Source: Adineta vaga (lineage: Eukaryota; Animalia; Rotifera). From it: 64,000 nt of DNA. Position 1 is the stretch's first letter. The number at the start of each line of letters is the position of its first letter. The DNA is taken from NCBI GenBank assembly GCA_021613535.1, contig CP075494.1, positions 11,842,001 through 11,906,000 on the forward strand, given 5' to 3'. Both the position numbers and the translations under genes were made by a program. Positions 28,376 to 41,315 of the stretch are shown one piece after another. The notes beneath the pieces were generated by a model. The model ran no database searches, was not told where the DNA came from, and saw nothing but the letters and a program-made list of their open reading frames with translations.

Positions 28376-30309
28376 ATGACCGACGAAAATATGCGTAATG
28401 AATTATCAACGATTCAAATGCAAATGAATCAAACAACAAATGAAGTGAGTAGTAGAAAACCTCTCGTTTTCTTTTCTCCTTTTTTTTCTTGAATTGATTG
28501 GAAGAAATATAATCGAAGTGCATATGAGAGAAGAATAAAGAACCGGAAAACACCGGCAGTGAAGCATTCGATTGTTACATTAGAAAATCATCAGGAATTC
28601 TTTTCCAATATTGACTTTTTTTTTCTTTAATCAATCTTCTTATATATGCATACATTAATATCGACCAATTCCTATCAATCTTATTTCTTTTTCTATGTCT
28701 ATTATCGAAAAGAGAAAATTTGATGAAAATAATTATCACAATGACAAGTTTTCTATTTCCTTTGAGACTAAAAGTAAAAGAATATGAAGTCAGTTATTTT
28801 AATGATGTGACAATCATCATCATCAAAAGATATGAAGAAAAACTAACATTCTAATTGATTTCTTCCTTTTCGAATCGTAAGAAAGAAGAAATTGTTTGTC
28901 ATCTTTTTTCTTTCTTTTTTGTTCAAAGCATCTCGTTCTTATCAATAAGACAAATGATGATGATGATTTCCGGAAATAAACTACTCGTGTTTGTTTCTCT
29001 GTTTCTTTTTTTTCTTTTTGGTGACGTTCAAAGAAAGCAAACTTCGTCGTACTACTTTACAATGCTTCTTTTTTCTGACTTCCGACGTCAATCGACAGCA
29101 AGTAAACGTGTAAAGTACAGCGTTTACTATTCTCTCGTCTTCTAAAATAATCATGAAATATCGAGAGTCTTCTTTTTCTTCTTCTCTTCTTTGAAAATGT
29201 AAAACTATTCCAAAAAAAGAAAGAAACGATACGAGCATTTGATTCCTATCTCCCAATTATGGTTTTACCATTTTCAACAAACACGAATAATAATAATAAT
29301 AATAGTAATTATAATGGTGAATTACCGAGAATACTTTCTGAAGAAGAACAAATCATGTTGACCATTGATCAAACTGTCCATGAGGTAAAATATGTTGAAC
29401 AATTGAGAATAGTTTAATAATGATACTTGTTAAACAATTTTAAAAAATGGATTTTTGAATATTTTTCTATTTATTTAGTCGCTGGAATCTACTCGACGTA
29501 TGATTACTCTCTGTGATGAGGTATATTTTTTCAAAATTATTCATCTATTTATGAGTTTACTTGTTTCATTTAGAGTAAAGAAGCTGGTATTCGAACTTTG
29601 GTTATGCTTGATGAACAAGGAGGTAAATTCTTGATTCGACCTTAAAAATCATTAATATTATTTCGATTAATTACAAATATTTCTAGAACAACTTGATGCT
29701 ATTGATACGGGCATGGATCGTATAAATGCTGAGATGCGTGATGCAGAAAAGAATCTTGAAGGTTTAGAAAAATGCTGTGGTCTATGTGTTCTTCCATGGA
29801 ACAAGTAGAAAATTATCAATCGATTTGATTTCTATTCTTAATTTTGAATCTATTAGATCGAAAAATGTGGAAAAAAGTGCAGCATATAGTAAAACATTCA
29901 AAGGTAATGATGATGGTAAAGTGAATTCATCAGGTCCTCGACAAATTGTTTCACAGAATGGTGTTGGACCAGGTTCAGGTTATGTTCAAAGGTAATTTTA
30001 ATAATAACATTTTGTCTTATTTGAGACATCTTTTTTGTAATTTAAGAATTACTCATGATGCAAGAGAAGATGAAATGGAAGATAATCTTCAGCAAGTGAG
30101 TACAATGATTGGTAATCTACGAAATATGGCTTGTGATATGGGTAATGAAATTGAAAATCAAAATAATCAAATTGATCGTATTAAGGGCAAAGTAAGATTG
30201 AAAACTATTCGTGTAATCATAGCATTGATTGTATATTTTTTAGACGGAAATAAGTCAAATGCGTATTGAAGGGGCCAATAAACGGGCAAAAACCTTATTA
30301 AATACTTAG
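28376..30309 (+). CDS. SNAP25: SNAP-25 SNARE protein, with two alternative first coding exons
   Basis: [23 protein letters not shown], palmitoylation cluster [10 protein letters not shown] and [39 protein letters not shown]. Stop TAG at 30307-30309. Confidence 0.95.
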
Positions 30310-31162
30310 ACAAAAAGATCAATACATTATTGCAATAATATCACAGCTTTTCTTCCCAAAATAATTTGTGCAGAAAAAAATAATGTTTTCTTTTCTTCTT
30401 TATTGCCTTGCTTATCTTGTTTTTTTGTAAAATGAATTGAATCTATTTTCTTCTCTGATCTGCATGATCTCTTTTTTTTTATATTTCTGAACATAATTTT
30501 CTTACCACTTTTTTTCTTGATTACAAGATCTGCTAAATGAAGAGAAAGACAAAAAGTACATCACAACTGACGTTATTTTTTTTTTGGACAAGTTTGTTTC
30601 CGTGTCGTCTGTGTTAGATTCTCTCTTCACTGATGCAATATGATCTTCTTTCTTTCTTTCTTTCTTTCTTTTGTTATTTTATCTGTACGAATATATCTCA
30701 GTAATTTATCACATATTTTAAATCTCCTTCGAATACATCAATATTGATATATAAGGAATGTTGTATGGTTTTTTTTCTTGAACACATCGATAGAGAAAAG
30801 GAATCTGTTTGAAATATTAAAATAGAGAGTCATCGAAAATAAATATCGTTTGCTTGACATTCTCTCAAGTCATTAACACACGTCGAGCGCATAACTGACT
30901 GGGGCGTCAGAATGTTTTGTTACCTATGAATTATATACATCTCTCATTATACAAAGATTTTTATGTGTACATCTTTGTACATAACTGTATTTTTTACTTA
31001 ATTGAATTGAAATATCCAGCAGAACATGATTTTAATCAGTCGGATATCGTAACTAATGCATTTGTATAATCATATTATATTTTTCTATCGTCTAATTTAC
31101 TTGACTACGTACACACACTGAAAACAAAAAGGATTCCGTAGAAAATAAAGACATTTTAAAGT

Positions 31163-31250
31163 CTACGGGTGGGACATTTACGTTTATTTTAAATAAACGT
31201 AAATGGAATCCGTTAATTAACTCGCGTTAAGTTAAATGGTCCACCCCTAG
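31163..31250. mobile_element. MITE-like foldback element with imperfect terminal inverted repeats
   Basis: Left end CTACGGGTGGGACATTT versus reverse complement of the right end CTAGGGGTGGACCATTT. Internal perfect 15-bp inverted repeat at 31175-31189/31191-31205. No clear target-site duplication. Confidence 0.5.
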
Positions 31251-31605
31251 TTTCCAGTGTACGAAGTCTTTCCTATCAAATATTTAAAAACTAACAAGAC
31301 TGACGAACATTATTATCTATTCTTACAGTACTGTAGTATTATCGAAATTCTCTATAGAGTAATCGTCTTTCATGTATACTCGACAATTTCATTGATATTT
31401 TCCTATCATTCGAAAATAGAAGGTATTTTATTGACATGTATAAAGAAAAAGATGTTCAGATATATTTTATTCATGAGGAAAGTTGGCTGATTATGCATAA
31501 CTCAAAATCGATAACAATCGAAGATAGTACTATAGCACAAATGTAAACATATATGCATGAATGTTATATATACATATATATATATATGATTGTTTAAAAT
31601 ATTTA

Positions 31606-33039
31606 CTAGGATATTTGTAAAACAGATTGCATTAATGGCGCAAGCTCATCGGCACTTTGAGAAGTTTTTTTAGCTACGTCTCCTTTTGTTTCTCGTGCTA
31701 TTGAATGTGCTTTCATACAAGAGAAGATTAAATGAGAAAAAATAACTGAAGTTTGATCGTTACCAAAGCGTACATTTAAATAATTCCATAGAATATCAAC
31801 AAAAATATTTTGAGCAAAAAATGCTTTCGTCGATTCGACTAATGGCGGTTCGGCATAATCAGCTCCTTTGGAAAAGATACTAATTAATATCATTAATTTA
31901 AATATTAAATGATCGTTTGAACACAGATTTTGTAGTTTTCTTGTCCAGTCCATTATTCGGTGATAAACCGAATCCGAATAAGTACGCAGTGCCCTGGCTT
32001 CATAACAGCAATCATTGGTTGTTCCGGGTTCACGAAAAATTTCTGTTTCTGTATCGGTGCAAATACAAAAATGAAAACATGATATTGTGATTAAATTATG
32101 TTTCACAAGTACTAGACGATCATGTTCATTTAAGGACTAAAAGCAGAATCGTTTTTATAAATATCGAGAATATAATGACGTCACTATAACTTACACTGAA
32201 TTCTGGTGTTAATTTAAAAAATGTAACAAGTCGTAAACAGCTAACATGTGCCGGTTCGTTTACAACATCAACTATACCATCAAGACATCTTAAACATGGA
32301 CTATCAGAACCTTTAATGACGGCTATATTTAATTGCACAGCTTGTCTATAATGTTCTTCAATTCTGGTTAATGATATTCTTATATTTTCATCAAGAGAAT
32401 ACTTAAATTCATTCGAATCTGTACTGGATGAATCATCACATTTATTGCAAGAAGATTGTGAATAATCACCATCGAGTGGAGTCAAGAGTGATGAAGCTGA
32501 TGTTGATAACATTGACATCTCACGTAAACGACGATTATCTTCAATTTTACGTTTTTTTGTAAGTTTTTCTTCTTCAGACATGATCCATTCTTTTCGTAAA
32601 CCTTTTTGAAAACATTTTTTCAAACGACAATATTTACATTTCTAGAAAATTCTGATAAAAAGAAAGATTTTCTGGATATTTCACAAACTTTTCGAGTTTC
32701 TAGCGTAATCGGACAATCATTTGTGCCAACTCGACATTTGAATTTATTCTAAACAAAAAGTAAAATGTTATTTTTAAAGAGGTTAATATTGACATGGAAT
32801 ATACCATATTGTCTAGCGCATTACGTCGAAAAAATGCTTTACAACTTTCACAGGTTATTTGGTCGAAATTATAACCTAAATATATTGTAGATAAAAATAG
32901 GCGAAGCAAAAGCGTGAAGAAAAGTTCATCATGGATTATGATTCTTACCCATGGCTGGCGCATGGCATACAACACATATGAGATCACACCGATTACGGCG
33001 ACGAAGACTGCCATTCGAATGTGAACGTTTTGTATGCAT
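31606..33039 (-). CDS. Nuclear receptor, NR1J/NR1I (HR96/DAF-12/VDR-like), copy 1
   Basis: [30 protein letters not shown], a second zinc finger, GLRKEWIMS, ligand-binding domain FFKLTPEFSSLNEHDRLVLVK and C-terminal LAPLMQSVL. Confidence 0.9.
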
Positions 33040-34194
33040 TATGAATATGAAGAATTTTTATTTGAAAATATCTTTATTTAATATGAACTAGAATGAAAAA
33101 GAAGCACATTTTGATAGGTACGAAAAAGACCAATCAAGAATGCATTTAGATATACTCAATGATACTCGCAGTCTTACCAACAACTAATTTGACGAAAGAA
33201 AAAAGAGAAAAAATAAGAACATCGAAGTACAAGAGCTAGTCGGGTCGACAACAGAGAAGAAGACGAGAAAGGATCAGAGAACAGAAAAAGAAATAGAATA
33301 AAACAATGGTGACGTTGTTATGATAACGATGCATTTACGTGCTAAAAAAATGCAGTATTTATATAACAGTCATTTGATTTTGTATAAGATGATTAGAATG
33401 AACCATGTCGAGACAAGGTCAGCATATCTTCATGTTTTTTTCTGTCTCTATCAAGTCTGATAAAACATATTCATAAATTGGAATTGGAATTTAAGCTCGC
33501 GACAAAAATTCAAATCCGTCTTGAATTAATTGAAATCAAGATGCAATTCCTTCTTTAATTTCAAATCACTTAGTACGCGACCAATTTGACCGTAGTATTT
33601 GAAAGATTGATAGATTTAAGTATTTTTGTATCAGGATACTCTTATTGATAATTATATAGATTTCAATCTATAATAGATGCAAAACGACTTATTCATTTAT
33701 TTGAATTTTTCCTTCAGAGAATAATAGATAAGTCTGAACTTGATTTGCATTATAATCTGTAAGGGAGGCAAAAAACCAATTTTTCTTAGTTACAATACGT
33801 ACAAAAAGTTTGTTTTCATAAGAAATCACCTGATGAATTCCTAAAATAAGTAACATTTTCATATGACATATCTTGTTCTTTTTACCGAACATGTCTATGA
33901 ACTTTTTTTTAACATTAAATTTCACAGAAAACAAATATTTTCTATGGATCATCTTATCATTTGTATTCAAACATAATTAAATCGATTTTCATCATAAAAA
34001 AAAGTTACCATATCGAATTTATGGAACGTTACTATAAAATTCTATTTTTTTTCTTATTCAAAGAAAGAAAAACGTTTTGTTGCTGTAATATATATACAAA
34101 TACAACAGTAACGATAACAGAAGAGAGAGAGAGAGAGCGAGACAAAGGAAAAAATAATACACTTAGAATTTAAAAAATATCGCATCATATTGGT

Positions 34195-35665
34195 TTAAAT
34201 GTTCAATATAACTGATTTCATTAGTGGTACAAGTTGTTCAGCTACATCGTCATGCCGCACATAATTATAACGAGTATTGAAAGATTGTAAATGTGCTTCA
34301 ATCGAAGCGAAGACAAGTTTTGCCCAGATATCAATAGTTTTTTTACTACCAAAGTTATTTTCACAATATTTCCACAATAAATCGATAAAATGATTTTGTG
34401 TCTGCAGTATTGATAAAATATCATTTGCAATTGGTTCACATTCATTAGTATAGGTACATATGGCTGATCCTTTGGATAATAACATAACTATTAAAAATAT
34501 CTGTATAATAGTACGATCACTATTTGATGCTTCGACTAATCGACAAACGCAACGCGTCGATTGATGATATTGATGTAAACTGAAACATTGAATCATATCT
34601 TTTCCCGAGAACAGACAATCATCGACACCTGGTTCATGATAAGTATCAGCAACAGGATCATAAACTAATACTGAACGTATAAATACTAATGTAAATGTAT
34701 TATGTTTAATTAAAATCAATTTATCATGTTCGTTTAGCGATAAAAATTCGGGAATCAGTTTAAAATATGTGATCAAACGTGTTGTTTGAAGATTCATCGG
34801 AAGATTCATCATCTCCCATGGAGCATTAATTCGTGCTGTATATGGATATTGTGGTATTTCTGGTGGTAACGATGTTAGACGGACTGAATCATCATATGCT
34901 TGTTTCATTTGTTCAATTTTAAGTAAATCTCCAACAGATAATACACATGGAACATACAATGCTTGCGAGTCTTCATCATCGATAGGTTCAGTTTTAAGAT
35001 CAATATCGGATTGCTATTAAGCAAAAAAAAAGAAAATAATTACATTCGATTGATGTATTTGTTAATTTAAAACAGACTTCATCAGATTCTATTGGATCGG
35101 GATAGATCAATCGACGAAGTTGACGATTTTCTTCGATTTTTCGTCGTTTATTTAAACGTTCTTCATCTGTTAATATCCAATCAGCTCTCATTCCTGTAGA
35201 AAAACCAAAAACAATCGAATGATTATTTTAAATAAGATGATTTCAAACCTTTTTCGAAACACTTTGCTAAACGACATGCTTTACAACGTTTTCGCGTTGT
35301 TACTGTTACAATACAATTTCCATCACTAGCTCGACATTTAAATTTATCCTAGAAAACAAAACATTTTTTATTTTGAACATAAAGTTTTTATTCCAAATAT
35401 GTATCCATACATTCGTTCGTAGAGCATTTCGTCGAAAAAATGCTTTACAAGATTCACATGTAATTGCATCAAAATTATAACCATGTGCTGGTCCTTCACA
35501 TATGCTGCAAATTAATCCTTCCGGTTTTTTTCGCACATAACTGGCACGTCGTTGTTGATTGTCGTAACTGATTGATGAATCATTGTTTTCATATTCATTA
35601 TCGTTTGGGATATTATGTTGACGACGAACAACGCGTTTTCGATATCGGACATTGTTTATACTCAT
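34195..35665 (-). CDS. Nuclear receptor, NR1J/NR1I-like, copy 2
   Basis: [60 protein letters not shown] and LVPLMKSVI. Confidence 0.9.
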
Positions 35666-36537
35666 AATCAGTTGTGGAAATTTATAAAAAAAAGAATTAC
35701 AAGATCGATGGATTAAAAAAAAGGGGCTTGTTTTTCTCAAATAAATGACGATGAAAAAGAAAACGAAAAAGAAAGAAAGAAAGAAAGAAAGAAAGAAAAA
35801 AAGTTACTTTAAATAAACAAGGTAAAAGTATACAAAATATAGAACGAGAAAAAAATGAGAGAAACTATCAACTTGATGACGCGAACTCTACAACGATTTA
35901 ATAAGTAACTCGCTAATAAGAAGATGAGAATTCGCGTTTTTATACTTGAAAAAATTCTATTGAAAACGCATAGATTTTACTCAAATCGTGTTCAAGTTTA
36001 ACAGAAAGAATGATGTTTTTAGTTCATGGAATATACTATTCTACACTTCGATAAACTTTCTTCCAGCAAGCTGTCGGATATATATTTTTGAAGTAAAAAG
36101 GAATAACAAAAAAATAGAACAGAACGGAAAGAATGCTGTTCTTGCTCTATGCTAATGTGATGACGACATTGGTTTCTCAAGCTATGTTATTCGACGAATG
36201 ATGATGATGAGGAAAGTAAAAGAGAAGAAACTATGAAAAAAACAACAAGCCTCTAAAGAGAAAAGAAAGAGAGTTCGCTAGTTAACCAATGATCATTCAT
36301 CCTTTCTTTACCATTCACCTGGAATGTGACATACAGTAAAGTAAAGTAATTCTTATATATAAAAATAATGAATGTACTTTTTTCACCTCAAATAATATTC
36401 AAAAAAGAAAGGCAATTATTTGCCTATAACACATTAGAAAGAGTATGATCTTTACTTGAAGTTACTTTTTTTTAAAGAAGAAAATAATTCGACAAGAGGA
36501 ATGAAAAAAAATGTACCCGAAGAATTTTCTCTACTGT

Positions 36538-36554
36538 TAGAATCACGTGAATGA
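36538..36554. promoter_or_regulatory. Conserved 17-bp E-box element (TAGAATCACGTGAATGA), copy 1
   Basis: Identical to 40610-40626; lies upstream of nuclear receptor copy 2. Confidence 0.45.
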
Positions 36555-36970
36555 TGATTGAGTAATAAATATGTATAAGACATAGTCTTTCTTGATTCTT
36601 ACATATCGATCCGTCGAAAAGATTAAAAATGGATAGATTTTTTTAAAATAAATTCACAATGGACGAGAGGAAAACAATACTTTGGATTTTCATAATAATT
36701 ATTTCAGTTTTCTCTTTTTTTCTATAGCAATAAGATTTTATTATGTGAAATATATGTAACATATGGATCCTCTTACATATTCACGTCGGAGTATCACATT
36801 GCCTACAATGTGTTGTTTCGTTACTCTTTGACGTCAGTCACATTATAACAATAAATGCATCTGTTTTATTATATTCGAATTTCAATCCTATTTTCATACT
36901 AATAGAGAAAAGAAAGATCAATTGGTTAATTTCGACATATTTTCTTTATTTTTCGAATCAAACCATCATT

Positions 36971-39187
36971 TTAATTATTAGATGAAGTCGTATCAGGTAA
37001 TTGTAAAACACTTTGCATCAATGGTGATAATTCTGCTGCATTAATAATTTCATGTGTTATATTTTTGAAATGTATAGACAAACGTCGGATTGAAAATAAT
37101 GAATTGATCAAATTTGTAAATAAATTTATTGTTTTCTTCAAACCATACTGATGTAAACAATATTTATATAATATTTCTACATAGATATTTTGTATATTAA
37201 ATACCATACGTGCATTATTTAATGATGGTTCATAAGGAAGATCGTATGCACAGAAACCTTTGATATAAATAATAATTAAGAGAAGAATTTTAACAATCAC
37301 ACGATCGTACTGAAGTATTCTAATTAATTTTGCGACTGTTGTTGTTATATCATGATAGAATTCTTCACCTAGAATTTCAATCCAATCTTTGCCTTGAAAA
37401 TTAGGATCTTGTGTATTACGTTCATGATATGTATCGTCAATAGGATCATATATTAGAACAATATGCATGAAAATCGCTGCTAATAGATTATGTTTAACTA
37501 ATATAATGCGATCTCCAAGCTCTAATAATCTGAATTCTTCTGTTTTTTTTAAATATGTAATGAGGCGTAATGATGAGAGATAAGTTGGTATACGAATTAA
37601 TTCAAGTGTTGTATGAATGAAATGACTAGCAGGATAAAGTGGTACACCAACAACTTGGTTATATGCCATTGCTTCGGTATATGCGGTTTGAATTTGATCA
37701 ATTTTCGACCATTCAAATTCTGTCATTAAGAAAGCAGATATGTCAGTTGTTTGCCGAGGTGGTGGAGAACCATCATCAGAATTACTGTTATCACTTTTAG
37801 ACTAAACGAAAGAATAAAGATTTGAAAGAGTTTCTTTATGAAAGTCTTACACCAGTTCGGGAACTATGACGATGTACAGGTGATTCCTGAGTTTGTTTGA
37901 GACGACGTTTTTCTTCTACACTATGTTTTTTTTTTTGTTTTCTAAATATATAAATCATCATTTAGTAATTATAGAATACAATCAATCTCTTATAGTCATC
38001 AATTTTGTTTTGCAACGAATTATAAAAACTAATCCTTTTACACGTTTTCTTTAAAGATGCAGATAAGGCTGGTAATGCAAATGTACAATAGATTATACAA
38101 TTACGCTGTCAACTCTCTCCGTAAAACAACAAATAATAATGAAAAATCTTTACTATCATAAGATCAAATAAGAAATCAATTCAATAGACGTACTCATCTT
38201 CGGAGAGAATCCATTCTTTTCGCATACCTAAAAATAAGAAATACAATAGAAAAACAAACAAACTATCATAGAAATCATTTTACCCATTTGGAAACATTTA
38301 TTCAATCGACATCGTTTACATCGTCTTCTAGATTCCATAGTTATTTCACAGTTTCCAGCACCACGACATTTCAGTCTATCCTATAACAAGATTCAATGTA
38401 TGATGGCTATTCCAAAAAATTCGTAATACATAATAAATGATCAATGTAGCTGGCTGAAATAAGAATCAAATTGAATAACAATGGAAGTAAAAATTGCGAA
38501 TTTCAAGGTAAGAAGTAGAATTATCTTTATTTACTATGATCCGCTTCCTTACTGTTATATCTCTGCAATTAAATAGAATTAATTTTTTTAATCCCCTATA
38601 ACATATGTATGTATATTTCATTATGCATGATCAATATGATTCTATCGAAAGTTTTTAAAATGCTATCCTATAACCTCTTAAAAACACTTGTAGTCACAAA
38701 CAAGAATAAATCTAATTAAGCAAATTATTCTCATTATCTTTCCAATACGCGAGAAGGTTTCACATTCGTGTTCTTTTTTTCTTATATAATTATAACTTTG
38801 ATGTTGTCACTTCACTCACGATCCAAACATGTCCAAACTAACAATATAATTAAGTTAATCTTCTAGCTAAAGGTCATTGTATTCAATAAAATTCTAATTA
38901 AAAATTTTACCGGTGGTCGTAATGCATTTCGACGAAAGAATGCTTTACAAGATTCACATGAAATAGCATCAAAATTGTATCCTAAAATAAAAAATTATGA
39001 TTCTCTATGAATAATTAAAATTTATTCGATTACCGTATGCATCATCACCACAAACAACACATTTAAGAAAAGCTCGTGAACGTTTATTTATTTGTTTATG
39101 TTCATTAGATAAATAATTATTCGTTTTGGAAATCACAGGAATTTGACCATCAACTAATTGATCGTTATCTTTGTGTCGTTTTGCCAT
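36971..39187 (-). CDS. Nuclear receptor, NR1J/NR1I-like, copy 3
   Basis: [60 protein letters not shown] and LSPLMQSVL. Confidence 0.9.
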
Positions 39188-40609
39188 TTTAAATCATTTA
39201 TTTAAGTTTGAAAACGATTAATAGTAATAATAATTGCTCTAGAAAATTGTATTAAATGTAACTATAAATGTAGTCCATCATTTCAAAAGAAAGTATTATA
39301 TTCTTTTATCTTAGTAGAATGACAGAATATACGAGATATTCTTTATTGAATTCCTTTAACCTTAGTAGTACGAAGAAAAAAAGACGCGTAATTACATTCA
39401 TATATTCTTTCAGCTTGGAAGAAAATCGAATCGAAGGAAAGGAAGAAAAAAAACGTGTAACGAAGAAAAATATTCTGCGTCGACCTTTACGAACGACGAT
39501 TATTCTTTTCCCTCTACTATCTGACTTTATTATCCAAAAATTGTAGATTTGAATTCATATTGCATGCATAAATATGAACTAATTAAATAAAATTATTCAT
39601 GCAAATTATTTGTAGTTTCTTGAAAAAAAGTTCTACTCTTTTATAAAATTCCAGAAATTAGTTCTGAAGTACGTCAGAGAACGCCGACTTATTCATAGCA
39701 CATCCATCTATATATAGAAAATGTAAACTAATAAAAAAATGACATTGTATTATGAAGTTTATGGATTTTTCATAATTCGAAGATTCTTTCTAAAGAAAAG
39801 TCAGTGTTCGTCAGAAATTTGAAAACTGTAAGAAGTCCATAGGAAGATACTCCGTATTCGGATCTTTCGGAAATAATATCAGTTTTAGCTAAAATCTTTC
39901 TTTTTAGCTGAAAAAATCGATGATTTTTATAATCCACTTTTTGAAAAGCACGTTTTCTTATTCAACTAGACTGTCAATTTTAGTGGAATATTTTTATTAC
40001 ACATGTGGTCTTCTGAACTGCGCAAAAGAATAATAGAATTCTGAAAACCTAGTTATGTGGTGCCCTCTATCGTGACATGGCTGTTTGATAGAAACACACA
40101 GGAAAACGTAGCATAAAATGGGACGAGAAATTCTGAATTTAAATTAAGCTCTTTTCTGCTTTTTGTTTGTTGGTTATCTCCACGACATGTTATCATTTAA
40201 GGCTGAAAGTTCTACTGTAAACCTTTACAATACAGCCTCAACATATCCCGAAAATTTCACCAATTTTGACTGAGTAAAAGAAACTCAGGACTCGAAGGGT
40301 TAAAAGAAGAATAACTTTAATAGATAAATCTGATAGACTAGCGTTCGTGTTGTTATTATCTTTTTTTCGCTCTCTGATGACCTCGTTTTTACATTCTTAA
40401 GTGTGCGTGAGTTAAAAATAGAACCAGATAGATTTCATCATGTGAATTTAGTACGATGATATTCGTATTGAGAAAACATGAAATTCTTTCTAAAATATAT
40501 TTAAAATCAACTACATGATTATAAAATGTCATCAGAAAGCACATCATCGAATGAATTTTCTTTCTGGCGGCAGATTAAAAGTATTTATAAACAGTAACCG
40601 AAAAACGTG

Positions 40610-40626
40610 TAGAATCACGTGAATGA
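40610..40626. promoter_or_regulatory. Conserved 17-bp E-box element (TAGAATCACGTGAATGA), copy 2
   Basis: Identical to 36538-36554; lies upstream of nuclear receptor copy 3. Confidence 0.45.
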
Positions 40627-41315
40627 GTGTGACCGTTTTTCTTTTATTCATGACCTACCTCATAAAAGTTTTCCATGTGTAAAATAGTTTCCAGATGAAT
40701 AAGCAAGGCTTATATAGCCGTTAATTAACGAATCAAAAATTGACAATTAAACTATCGAAAAGCAAAAAAAAATGAAATTATCCTATATAGAATTATCCAT
40801 ACAATCGGATCGAATTTTGTAAATATCTCTTTTATTTCTATATACTCAAAAACTCATTTAATCGTAGGTTAATTTAATGTTTGCCTACAGCCGAAGAAGT
40901 CAATTTTTTTGAAAGCATTATCAGATCGTAAGTTATAAAGTTCAAAAGGACTATTACGTAATGAATTCCCAAGATTTATCACAAAAAGTAGTCTAAAAGC
41001 GTTCTCCTATGTTGATATATAACGAGTATAAAATTCATTACATACCCTATTCTGGTACTTTTGAACAAAATATCATCGACACATCAGTACATATTATCTC
41101 AATTTCAGAGAGTATTTTATTTCATAATCTTGACCATATCATTGAATCTTTTTTCACTATGTAAATGTCCTCGTTGAATATATAATCTAGAAAAACGAAA
41201 TATTTCACAACATACATATAGAAACACAATAAAAAGAGTTTGAATAATAATCTTCAATCGGTTCATATTCGACCAAGTATTCTGTTTTGTAAAGAATCAA
41301 ATCAATTTCATATAT

